From Phoronis australis (taxonomy: Eukaryota; Animalia; Phoronida): a DNA stretch of 64,000 bases. Positions 1-12,300 of the stretch are shown in pieces. The stretch covers positions 329,518 to 393,517 of the forward strand of contig NMRA01000071.1 in NCBI GenBank assembly GCA_002633005.1. Direction: 5' to 3'. Below the pieces are notes generated by a model. It saw only the letters and a list, made by a program, of their open reading frames with translations, ran no database searches and was not told the origin of the DNA. Each line of letters begins with the position of its first letter. The first letter of the stretch is position 1. The position numbers and the translations under genes were made by a program.

Positions 1-743
1 AATGTCAACTGATTTTGCAGTGCGTAATTAACTTCATTATCAGTAAAACGTACTGTTCCCACCCAACTCTGACTTTTATTTGCGAACTTTGACCCACTTT
101 TATATAAATAGGTCACAGTTCATTGTTGTACACATAGCCTGTCCACGTCACATGTTGGGAGACTGATACGAAACCAAGTAAGAAATGGATGACAAAAATC
201 GAATCGGTGGTTAAAGCATGTCGTTAGCATGAGCTCGAAACATTGAAAAGTTATTAATTGAATGAAGGAATTAGAATGAGGATTTATCTCTTTTCACAAT
301 TTGCTTTGTTCATGACCACAAAGGCCTGAGGCGACCGTAGCATTCATTCTCAACGCCAACGGTCGTATGTGCATGTAGACTCAAAACTCTCTTCGGATCA
401 GAATGGCGTTTTGTCTGTTTTCCCCGGCACCATTCTGCCATAAGTGCATCTCGTTTACTCAATGTTATGGCGATTTTTTTAATGAAAGAACTGAGGGTAT
501 GTTCTGTACCTGGCGGGAGATTCGATTTGATTGAATGCCCTTTAACCTTTGACCTCGGATAAGTAGTAAACAAATATCCACGCGGTTGTGCGGTACCAAA
601 GTGGTTCTCTTAAATCTTTTTTTCTCGCTACGCAGTTTATGTTTTGTATTTGAAGTTCACGAGAATGAAGATAAGGTATTTTACTAGACACATGTAAAAT
701 ATTGTAAAAATGACCATTTTTGTGAATAAGGTTGGAGATGACC
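1..743. mobile_element. Non-autonomous Kolobok-like DNA transposon, copy 1 (left part outside window)
   Basis: Colinear with 20966-21711; right TIR AAGGTTGGAGATGACC followed by TTAA (744-747). Confidence 0.75.
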
Positions 744-1627
744 TTAACCACCGGGAATCTATTAAGTTCATTGTCAAATTAACTATTGGCACCCGAGCGC
801 TTAACAGAGCCAAGTCGGTATACTCTTTCATTTAGTATTGTCGCTGTTCTCTTTTGATGTGCAGCTTTGGAGTGGCGCGCGCGGAGGCCTACACTTTACG
901 TTGGCAGCAACATGTGACAGACCTACGACTCGTATTTCGCGTACGTAGCCCCAGAAACAAGTAAAGGGTTTGAGAATTTCTTGGCGACTCAAAAACTACT
1001 TTGCTGAAAGTAAAGACGTGGCCGTCGTTTGGCAATTAATAGAAGCGGTGGATCCAGGGTTTTTAGTTAGGGGGAGAAGCTGGCTGGGCACAGTGTTAGC
1101 CAGGATTTTGCCCGTCAGACATTCGCACCCCCGAACTTTCAAATGGAATCTGGGAGAGTTGTGGGGGAGGCATGGCAGCCTTGCCCCCCCTCTAAATATT
1201 TTGGAAAATGAGGTCTATAAGGACCTGGTATGAGCACCTTTGTGGCCGTTTCAGAAACCCTTGATGAAATACAGCCGGTGGTCCAGTTACTGGTGGCTGA
1301 GGGAGTGTTCCAAAAATATACACACTTCAACGCCTGGAGTTCAAATTCAGTTCCCGTGGATGTGTGAGATTCTACGCAGGCCTATTGCATGGTTACACCT
1401 TATTTTGAAAGTGGGTGCGTCACTCATGACGTGCTCAGTCTAATATGCAAGGAGATGGAAGGCAAGCGATTCAGTTTTGAAGAACAAAAATTCATTGCTC
1501 AATTGGAAACTAAAAGCATCAAGGAAGTGAAAAGAGAACCTTTGTAAATTGATGAGCAATGAGTTTTCGACCTGCGGTTAGTGAACTTAAACCCACTAAT
1601 CTACTTCCTAAGTTAATAGATAATTTA

Positions 1628-2251
1628 TTGTCATTTGAATTGTGAGAACATTTTGGGACACTTTGTAGAGCTAACTGACATTCATCAATATCTTTGAGAC
1701 TTCTTTATAGACAAATCAAATCCTTTAGTGTACTTTTATATTTGGGGATCTGATGATAGATCCCAATGTCAGCATGCAACTAAATTCCGTGAAGCACCGT
1801 AATTTCTTACAAGATTAGCTTCTAATTGTCAGAAAATTATCTGTCATTCTATTTTCGTACTGGATACATAAACATGTAAATCAGAAACCAACAATTAAAT
1901 CCATGAGCAATGCGTTTACCTTGATTTAATGACTTAATTATTTTTGATCTCCTGTTGGTGAGACAAAACTTGTACCGAAGTCAAAAAGCAATGAATTTGT
2001 TGTCATTTGAATTGCGAATAAATTTCTTGGAACTGCCCAAATTTCATCAATTTCTTTGAGAGTTATTATAGACAGCCAAAAAGAGTCCAAGTGCAATTTA
2101 CTATTTGGGGATCGGATTACAGAGTTTTCCATTTCAGGCTGCAGCTAAATTCACTGAAACATTTCTTAAAAGATTAGCTTCTAATTTCCAAAAATCATCT
2201 ATTAACCAATCGGTTTTCGTAGACACATAATCGTGTAAATCAGAAACCAAC
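1628..2251. repeat. Degenerate ~260-bp direct duplication (1628-1893 vs 2000-2251)
   Basis: Shared ordered blocks TTGTCATTTGAATTG, TTCATCAAT.TCTTTGAGA, TATTTGGGGATC, AAGATTAGCTTCTAATT, TGTAAATCAGAAACCAAC. Confidence 0.7.
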
Positions 2252-4274
2252 GAATTTGTTTATCAAAACGGAATGTTACAAGTAATTTCCGCAGGTATAC
2301 AGATTAATGTAAGTTGAGGAAGATGGGGGCATTCATATCAAGGTGTATTGTTGCACATTTGAGAGGTACCTAGAACGGTTCACGAGTTTAACTTGAACTC
2401 CAAAAGACGCTGAAATATTTTTTGTAATTGAGAGTATTTTGAGTACCCCCGTTTGACGTGTACACGGTCATCACAAATCACAGCCCCCAGTCTCCTCGAC
2501 ATTTTTAACTTCATTACAAACAATTCCTGGTAACGATCTTCAAGAGAAATACTATTCTTGTGATACTATGGAAAAAAATATAACATTATTTGATAACTAA
2601 CCATCGGAAGTAGCCTTTTTGTGTAAATCACAAATAGCGGTCTTCACGTTCTTCAGAATTCCACCTTTTTGATGGTGGTCAGTCCATTTTTGTTGTTTGG
2701 GTAGAATGTTTTGAAGCTGCTCTGTTGTGCACGAATGTTTTGTGTTTTTGATGAATTTGGAATCTCAGCTTCACTTCGTGAATACTTGGCAGTGTCAGAT
2801 TTAAACGTATAGAGGGACAAAAGGACAATTCGCTCGAACTGCCTCACCGAGAGAGGGTCCCTTCTGAAATGGGACACCTAAGATGAAAGGCTACACTTTA
2901 TTAAGCTTCCATTGTCGGGTGACCCTGCAAGTAGTGACTTTCCTCAGCATAACACCGGTTGTATGATTTGTCAACAAAAACACGAAAAGGGTGGCTACTT
3001 GAATGTCATCAATGGCCCTCTTTAAGAGCTGGACCCCTAAATATGAAAAATCTATATTTTCAAAAGTCAGGAAATGTGCAGCAATTGATGTTATCTGCCA
3101 GGCCATCAATTTTCTCAAGTGGTACTCAATTTAGAGAAAAAAATACCCCGAAAAATAGAGTTAGAGTTATCTGTGTTATTCTTTGCTAGAGAAGGGCCTT
3201 GGAAAATATAATGTTGCATTTCTGCATTTGCAAGACTGTCTCATTGAATTTAAGAATCCAGTGAGTTAACATGCTCCTCAAAAGCTTCGCTTAATGAATT
3301 TTCTCGAAATACATGTATGAATGATAAAATGCATATATTCAAGTGCGTTTAGACGATCTACATGTATGCTGCAAAAACGAGGACCCTAACAACAATGCCC
3401 TGGCCTGGGACTTCAAAGGGTAAACCATGCACCGATATTGAGTTGTCAAATGTTCTCTTGAATTTTCATTCTAGCCTATGTTGGTTGCCATGGTTTAATC
3501 TGCACGTGCCCCAACCCCGGTTCCTATGGCCCTGCTTTTTAAGGCAACACCACTTACTTTGAACATACAAAAGATCCTCTGTCGTCATGTGTCCTTTGGT
3601 CTTTTATTGAAATGCTGCTGTTACTGCTACTGTTGCTGCTAGGTGAAACTTCACCGACGGAGTTTTTATGCCACGGTTTCACTGGTTGTGCACCGTCCCT
3701 AACACGTCATAAACTCGACCCGGCCACGCCATCTTGTGTTTACATCACTAACGATATAATCAGCATCGGTAATCACACACCAAAAATAATCAAGTACTGG
3801 ACCCGTACTTTTGAAGTAAAAACCGCGAACGATATTTCGGAAGACATTCATTGATAAGCGACTTCCATCGATACGGTTACACGACCGCCATAATTTGGAA
3901 TTCAAGTGATGGCCTTGCGCAAATTTTCAGCATGATCTATTAAGTGATCGTCATTAACTGTACTTATTTCGCGTATGCATGAGATCAGGAAAACATTTAC
4001 TGTTGTGACTCCGCCAGGTTACCAAACAAGCAGATCCCGGGGGCCAAGACCAAACGCGCAGATCCAGAGGGGTCAAGACCAAACTTTTCTCTTGATTTTA
4101 GTGATATCAAATCTAGAATTTTCGAATTTTTGACTTGGACTCCGTTGATCCGACCTCACCTTTTGAAAAATCCTAGATCCGCCCCTGTCAAAGTTACAAT
4201 ATCCTCCACACAGGCTAGGCTACAACAGTTGATTGTTTTATTTGTTTGTAATATGTTCGAGGAATACTTGGCAA

Positions 4275-4479
4275 CAGTGGCAGATCTACGATTTCAGTAA
4301 GGGGGGGGGGGGTTAGGAGTCGAGAGAACAAGGACAAGGAAGGTCGCGAGAGGGTTTTCCTCCTCCCGTGTAAGATTTTTTGGGATTTTTAGTAGCTAAT
4401 TTCGTTTTTCTGGCGATTTTTTTTCCAGTTTTTATTTTTGATTAAACCCCCTGAACCCCCCCCTGTAGATCCGCTACTG
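4275..4479. mobile_element. MITE with CAGTRGCGGATCTAC-type TIRs
   Basis: CAGTGGCAGATCTAC / GTAGATCCGCTACTG (13/15 inverted match), GGCAA on both flanks. Related GGATCC/AGATCCGCC-type fragments at ~1044-1240 and ~4030-4188. Confidence 0.65.
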
Positions 4480-5844
4480 GGCAAAACTAGTGGGCCTTAC
4501 AGAAAGACATTACGCATTTTGATAATTCTCCAAACCACCCTTCGTCTTTGAGGAAATTTTCGTTATTTTAAATGCGTTTTGCCGCCAGTCCATCGATCTG
4601 TCTTAATACACCCGTTGTTGCTGTTTCCAATGTTGTTCCAAAAGCAATCCTTTCAGAACTATCCAGATTGAAGCCAACAGTTACAAGTATCTTCGCTTTG
4701 CTAGCAAATGTTGCTTGAGTTTTGGGTATCGTGTATCACTGTTAGTACGTACTGGAGTAAAATCCTACACAAAAACTGGGCTTTTGTGTCGCTCATGCCT
4801 CAGTGTCTTCCGAGTGTCGATATACGCGCACTAGATAGACCTGTGTACGAACTATGAGCAGATTTAACATCTAACTTCGCCAAAAAATTGGCATAGTAAG
4901 GCCTAATAACTGAGTGAAATTGCAACCGAAAGTTTGTCGTTCGCCCGCAATATGGAGTCTCCAACCATTCGTGAGCTGTCACAGCCACATAGTCTACGGG
5001 CTTCATGCAACATTGACGGGGAGTTTTCATTCCGTACATTCGTGAAAGAACTGGAAACACATTTTTATACGTTGATGAAAGTTATTTGATATATTTCTTA
5101 TTTTTAAAGTTGCAATTCACCCTGTGTAGTTAGCTAAAAAAGTTAAAAAAGACATTAATTCTCAAAAACGGTCTCCTAATGTTCCTTATCGTCAGGTACT
5201 CAAGAAAACGCTTCACAGTTTAGTACGGTTGGCCAATCCTAAATTTGTGGATTGGAAAATTGTGTATGAACGCAATGCCGGTGATTTGATCGAGTTGCCG
5301 ACTCTTTCGCTGAAAATTCAAGATCAGATGAGCGTGTTTGTGTTGTGAAACACCACTATGCTTGTTAAAATTACGTTACTGAACACTGTCGAAATGCAGG
5401 TTTATATAGTACAAAGAAAATCTCCCTGAAAATTACAATTATAATGCTAGTCCAACTAAAAATGAAACAACATAGTCAAACACTTATTCGCATTATTGCC
5501 ATATTTTTTTACTCAAATGAAACTAAGTCTACGAAGTAGTTGAATAGCTTACGTCGCTGTCAAATCAAAGTCGCCTAAGGTAGAAGTTTCGGCTTCTGTT
5601 AAAGCGGAAGATTCCATTTATAATATGTATGGGGGGATAAGCCTGACCGGGCTGCGCTATGATAAAACGTCTCATAAATACCTAAATGGTATTTTATCGT
5701 AGGACAACCGTACTTGGTGCTCAAAGATAACATATACTTGGTCTGACAATGTATCTAAGTTTAGCTGTGTAAATTTAGGGTTGCTGAACCAACAAAAGAG
5801 CGTTTCCCCTCAGGCAAAATAAGACGACCCAAAGTTAAATAGCC

Positions 5845-5893
5845 ATGGCGCGCGCTTTCCTGGACACTGTTGCGCTAAATAACTGCGTCAAAG
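5845..5893 (+). CDS. Possible upstream in-frame exon (MARAFLDTVALNNCVK) or 5'UTR exon of the IGFBP-domain gene
   Basis: gccATGG Kozak at 5845, AAG|GTAGCT donor at 5894 and tttttctattAG acceptor at 5995 join in frame (G-D-M) to the ATG at 6001. Confidence 0.35.
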
Positions 5894-6000
5894 GTAGCTA
5901 AAACATCGTGTTTGGAATTTTTTAATATAATTGTATTTTTATAGTAACCTGCGCTTAACTGATAAGAATTCGATCATTGATTATTTTTCTATTAGGCGAT

Positions 6001-6370
6001 ATGAGGCGATCGGGTGAAGCGGTAGTGGTATATCTGCTGGTGTTCAGTTTATCGTCGTTGACGGCAGGAAGAAAGGCGAAATATTCGCTTGGACTAAGTT
6101 CACATACAGAGCGCGCAGCCCTGTCATGCCCGCCATGTAAAGAAATTCACTGTACCCCCAAAAAGGCGAGCAAACTGAAATGTAAGGGGGGTATCACACA
6201 CGGTGTGTGTGACTGCTGTCCGGTTTGCGCCAAGTTGGAAGGAGAGCCGTGTGGCGGCGAGTGGAACTACTTGGGAAAGTGTGACACAGGACTTTACTGT
6301 GAGGCACAGAAGAACCCCAATCCGTATGGACCAAAAAATGAAGACGTGCTGGTAGGCAAGTGCAAAACAA
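6001..6370 (+). CDS. IGFBP-domain protein exon: signal peptide and IGFBP domain
   Basis: MRRSGEAVVVYLLVFSL...CPPCKEIHC...GVCDCCPVCAKLEGEPCGGEWNYLGKCDTGLYC...GKCKT; donor GTGAGT at 6371 (phase 1). Confidence 0.9.
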
Positions 6371-9300
6371 GTGAGTCAGTTTGGAATCTTATACTCGAAA
6401 TTGTCATCTACCTAAGTCAAATCACAGTCACTGATCTTACCATGGTCCATCCTGCTAAGTGGTGTTGTCTTAAAAAATAGACAAAAAAAGAGACACAGAG
6501 GTAAATACTATTATTGAGAAATATAAAAAGCCTGTTTTTTATGTTAAAATGAAGCAACATGAATTTCTCTTAAATTTAGCCCACAATTTGACCCAAAGTG
6601 GAGTTTTACTAAGTGTAGCTTTCCCTCCCTTGAAAAATATAAGAAAACAAACTTTGCCTGCCCTTATTTCCCCTTTATCTTGCCCCAAAAAATTCCTGGG
6701 CAAAATACTAAGCATTTGCCATCTATACAAATCAGGCATGTTGCTGGGCTTGAGCCTGAAACAACAAGCTAACATGGTTCATTGGTAACTGAACATGTTA
6801 TTTACCTATGCTACTAATATTCAGCTTTAAAAACAGTGTGTTTAAAATGATGGAAACATTGGGTAAATTTGGGACAAAACACTGCTTGTAATGAAAATTT
6901 AAAGGTACTGCTTCAAATTAAATTAATACAAATAGGCTAATCAAAATTATTGATTTCTGTATTGAGACCTCACATGTACAATTAAAACAGGTTGTTTCCT
7001 GGTTTACAGAGGGGAAACATATCCTATGAGGCACAGCTAATCATTGTTCTTGATCTCAGAAGGCATGGTTCTGACCACACACATTATACCCAAACTACCT
7101 CCTTGGGTTAGAGATTAGAGGCCAAATATTTGTACTGTGATGAATAAAACAATATGAAGGCTGATATATGAGATAACCCTTGATAAATGGCACCATGTTT
7201 GTAACTAGCATCTCTCATAGCCTTCACAGATAGTGTGTGTTTACTAGACCCTTGGCAAGCTCTCATTGCAATACTGTCACCAGATACAATACTGTCACCA
7301 GATACAATACTAAAGTTAAGCTTCACAAACAACTGGCATTCACATTTGAGGTTTGTAATTAAATGTCCTTTAAATCAAATGATTTTCTTAGGAATCACCA
7401 TAGTCGCACTTGTAAAATATCAAAGAGAAAATAAATAATTACAGAAAGCCTTCAACATGTGACTTGAATGTCTTTTATATAAATAATAAACTCATTTCAT
7501 AAAACACATCATCATCTCTACCATATTCTCATAGACCATGTTATACTAATGATAAGTGATTTATGTGGTCTCTCATTCAGACTGTCACCCCTCCTCCACA
7601 CTCCTATTTCTTTCTAGACAACACATGTTCTGTTAAACTACCATAATCAAATTTAATTTGAACAGAAAATTAAGAACAATAGGTGTGAATGACTACAAGC
7701 CCCAGGCTTCACATGTCATCATCCACAACACAGGCTTACAGAAGTGCACTGCAGGGCCAGAGGTACTCTCCATCAACTGTACAAGGAGGCTTGTCAATCA
7801 CCTTAAATGGAATGTGTACTAGTGACAAACAGATAGATTCCTGCAGGCCAAGTTTACCAACTCTCACAAAGGTGTGAAACACTTCTTGACAAGCGTTTAA
7901 CATGCTGCCATTGTTCTTTTTTATTCTGTTTAAACGCACTCTGGACTCCCATCATACTCATTTATATCCTATAGTCTACAAACATGCACACAACAATGTG
8001 GTCATTATCTACCTGACTTAGTGACATAGCTTTCTCTTACAACTTCCCTTAACAGATTTAACAAGTACGAAAACAGTAATCATGACAATAATAAAATAAC
8101 TATGAATAAATTAAAAACATGTCTTGCAAAACAACTGGACCCCTTTAGTGGCATGTTCTGTTATGACCATCTTGCAACTCAGTGAAATTCACAACATTTT
8201 TAGACTTTATAATAATTTATAAAATTATTTATTTGAGTGACAGTTGGTAATGGTACTTGTTACCCTACAAACATGTGACTATGCAGCAGTAATTAGTCAA
8301 CAACAAGTGTTGTTTATTAGCCTGAATGTTACTCTTCACTGTATCTAACACTTGTCCTACCTGTCAATGACACCACTACACTGTGACAATAGTTTGTTTA
8401 CAGAGTGCATTAGACTGAGCCCTACTTGCATAGGCTCAACAGTCTACTCTTATAAACTATTGTTTCCCAATATTTTGTCTGGTATGCCACTACATAATGC
8501 TATCATCAGAAGGCTACAGCTCACTGTTGGTCAGTCTTGTGTTATGGTCACACAAACCTTTTGACAACACAATGTGCTATTGAGAGGTACTACCTGTACA
8601 ATGTGCTATTGAGAGGTACTACCTGTCTTGGCTACAGTAGGTCTGCCCCCCAGGCTCTATTCCTATGAATGGACTGACTATTAGTTGTTTGGTATTAATT
8701 TACACTTTCTGCTTTCAATAGGTTGTAGACAACAGATAACAATAGAGTATAATTAAGCATGTAGATTTAATCTCCAAGTATGACTTTCATTACTATAAAG
8801 ACTAGTTTTTGCAAGGCCTGAGGCTCACTGCCAACTGGTTGCTCCTTCAAAAGCACCAAATAAATAGCTACTTAGAATAAAACAACAACAAAATCATTAT
8901 TTGTCTTTTTGTTTATGTACAAACTTTGATGAAAATCAAGCCCATAAACATTGCACAGTGTCACTTTCAAAAGAATTCATAAAGTTTTCTATTTATAAAT
9001 TCTTTTTCCTTGCCATGTCCTCACTGGTGGACTGTATAAATGGCTACTCAATCTTCTGCTTGGTGCAGTTCAGCACAAGTGATAATCATTACAGATTGTC
9101 ATCTGTTATCTCTAGAGTTACAAAAGAAATCCTGTAAAGGTCTGTGTTCATATATTAACATTATAATGTCTGGGCTGTCCACTGTATCACTGACCAGGGG
9201 TCTGTCAGTTGGGAGGTGTGTGTTGGGGTTATGGATGGGGTCTGCCAGTTGGGAGGTGTGTGTTGGGGTTATGGATGGGGTCTGTCAGTTGGGAGGTGTG

Positions 9301-12300
9301 TGTTGGGGTTATGGATGGTGTCTGCCAGTTGGGAGGTGTGTGTTGGGGTTATGGATGGGGTCTGTCAGTTAGGAGGTGTGTGTTGGGGTTATGGATGGGG
9401 TCTGTAAGTTGGGAGGTGTGTGTTGGGGTTATGGATGGGGTCCTTGTATTAACTTGCATGTTGCTCATGTAGAGAGAAGAAAATGTTTTAAAAATACAGC
9501 ATTTAAGGTGTAACACCAAATGTGTACAGCTGATATGATGAGATGAAGTTTTCAAATGGATAAATCATCAATAAAATTAGAAGTATCGATCAATTTGAAG
9601 CCGACTTACTAACGTTGTGCACAAACAGATTCTTTGCAACATTTCGTTTGGAGAATACTCAACTCCCCAAATGTCACCTCAAGTTCCAAGATTCTCCACC
9701 ACTTTTCTGTTTTGGATTGAACTTATTAACCATTCTGAACTTTTCCTGCCTATGAAGTATCAAAACAGAACCTTCGATATTCTCATATGGGATTGAGGTC
9801 ATGGGGTTTAGTGTTGGTTCATATAGCAACATTAGGTCTATGTAATGCAATCAAAATCCAGACAATTTTATTCATGACATCACACAAAAACTGAATGACA
9901 TAAGTTGATTAGTTTAGTATTGAGCAAAGGTCAATAAGTCAAAATTAACATCATGCAAGAGAACACCCAATAATTGAAAAATACCAAAGTCTGTCGCCTG
10001 TCGATTTCCCCAGAAATCAATAGTCTTCTGCATTGCATAATCATTTTCAAAACTAATTACCCAAAGAGAATGGGACATAGATTGTAACGTAGCAATCTAT
10101 AGAAATGACTAACTAAATACAAAAAACGTCTCTTTCTCAAGTGACACTGGAAACATATGACAACAATTACTGCCTCCAGGCAAAACTAGAAATAGTAGGC
10201 CTGTTGAATGTTTTTTTCTCTATTTTCTTTGTAAAAATACAAATACTATTTGTGAGTGAGTGAAATGTTTTGTTTGTCTAATCCAGCAAGTGCTCGTTGT
10301 GTGTAAACTGGCTGAGCTTGAGAGTCTAGAAGAGTCTGGCATGTTGGGACAAAGTGGTACCACGTCTCTAAGGGAGGTTACATTGGATCAAAAGTTGGAA
10401 GTGAATAACCTCCAATGTGCTAAATGGGTATGCTTTGCAGATATTGTGGCATGGCTTTCACATTTTAAAGATAATTTTTGTTCAGAGGAACGACTCTTGG
10501 CGAAATTGAATGAAAAGACGACCATGGAGATGATGATGATGATGGTGATGGCAATGACGAACATGAAGATGACAGTCATATGACGATTGAAGATGACAGA
10601 AATGAGTAAGAAATACAGTCTTGTTCAATAGAATGTAAACCAACAAAAATGCAGCAAATATCGATCAACAAAGGAACAGCGTCACCAGAAATCCCCAAAT
10701 AATTCGAAAACGAGACGTCCAAGTGAAAAATGGAAAAAAATGAAAACATTTTCTGAAAGCCCATTTAAAACTCTATCTAACAAAGTAGTTTCACAAAATT
10801 TTCGAAAAATTTTAAAATTTTGCATTTTTTTTAAATTGAAAGTCAAATAACTAAAACATGGCAAGTCAGTGAAAAAAATTGTTGTAGTTCATTTAAGAGA
10901 GTATACCTTAGAGAATCCACTTGCAAAAATTCACGTCATTACCTCTTCCCGTTCAAAATAGCACCCCAACACGATTGAAAATGGATGAACATGCACCAAA
11001 TCCACCATTTTGAAAATGACTTCCAGTTGAGCAGAACTCGATAATAACTATCTACTAAACAAAGGTGACATGTTACTAACTCAGACAAAATATTCCAGAA
11101 ATTTGAATTTTTTTCTAATCAACTTGTTCATTTTACCTCATGGGGTTAAATGAGGCAAGGAACGGTGAAAACTAAAACATGCACAACTTGGTGTAACAGT
11201 GTGCGGTCACCTGACCTACTAGGGTCCAATCATATTTCTTTGGAATAAAAATCATTACTTTGATTTGTTATAGACACTTATGCTAAAATTTGGGAAACAC
11301 TTTTACCGTTTGTCATTTTAAGACATTGTCAAAAATGAGTCAACCATGAGTGTGCCAGTGTAAGGAATCGTGTAGAGTTAGTAAACAATCATGTAGAGTT
11401 TGTAAACAAATATGTAGAGTTAGTAAACAAATATGTAGAGTTCGTAAACAAATATGTAGAGTTAGTAAACAAATATGTAGAGTAAATAAACAAAAGCAAA
11501 TACTTACACTTAACGACTTTACAAGCTTTAACCTTACAATACTTTCTCTGTAAATGCTAGTGTAATGAAACCACTTAAAACACTGGCAAGTGTCATAGTT
11601 AGGCAAGTTGCTGTAGTAGCAAACAAAAGATGATGATTACAATAGGAAGGCAATGAGGCTATTGTTGTCAATAGATGTCAACCTGCACATGACCCCTACT
11701 GTTCTCTTCACTTATCTCTAATTTACAACAGGATGCTCATTAAGTAGGAAGGCCAGCCTTGGAAGTTGCTCAGTTACCTGAGGCCACCCATGATGTGTGG
11801 ATACCTCAGGTGGTTCTTCTGTCACAAGATAGATACACAAACACAAGATACACAAGTGGTAAGAATAGCACTTTAAGTAACTTACTGCAAAATCAACATT
11901 TTTGAAATAAAGTTATTTGTTACAGAAAAGTTTTTACTCATGTGGACGATAATTGAGACAATATGGCCGACAAGTGAGAAATATGTCCGACACGTGAGAA
12001 ATATGGCCCATACGTAAAGTTTTATTTTGTTATCTTTTTCATATGTAGCACCAAGTTAAGTATTTCAATGTTCAAGCTGTGTTACCATAGCTATGGTCAC
12101 CAGGCAACATTTTGAAAAACTGTGCACATGCAGAACAATGCAAGACTTAAAAAACAAAGAAGGTCAATTTCGGCAATTGTTTTGACCAAAATTGGATGAA
12201 ATTTAGTTAAAATCAAAATTATTACTCAAATGTTTTGACAATTAGTCAATGTTGTAAAAATGACTGCTTTGTTACAATTTGGCAAACTGTGCTAAACACC

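Noticed and set aside
10486-10605. 120-nt AG...GT block as a cassette exon of the IGFBP-domain gene
   Set aside because: In the required phase 1 it reaches a TGA ending at 10583.
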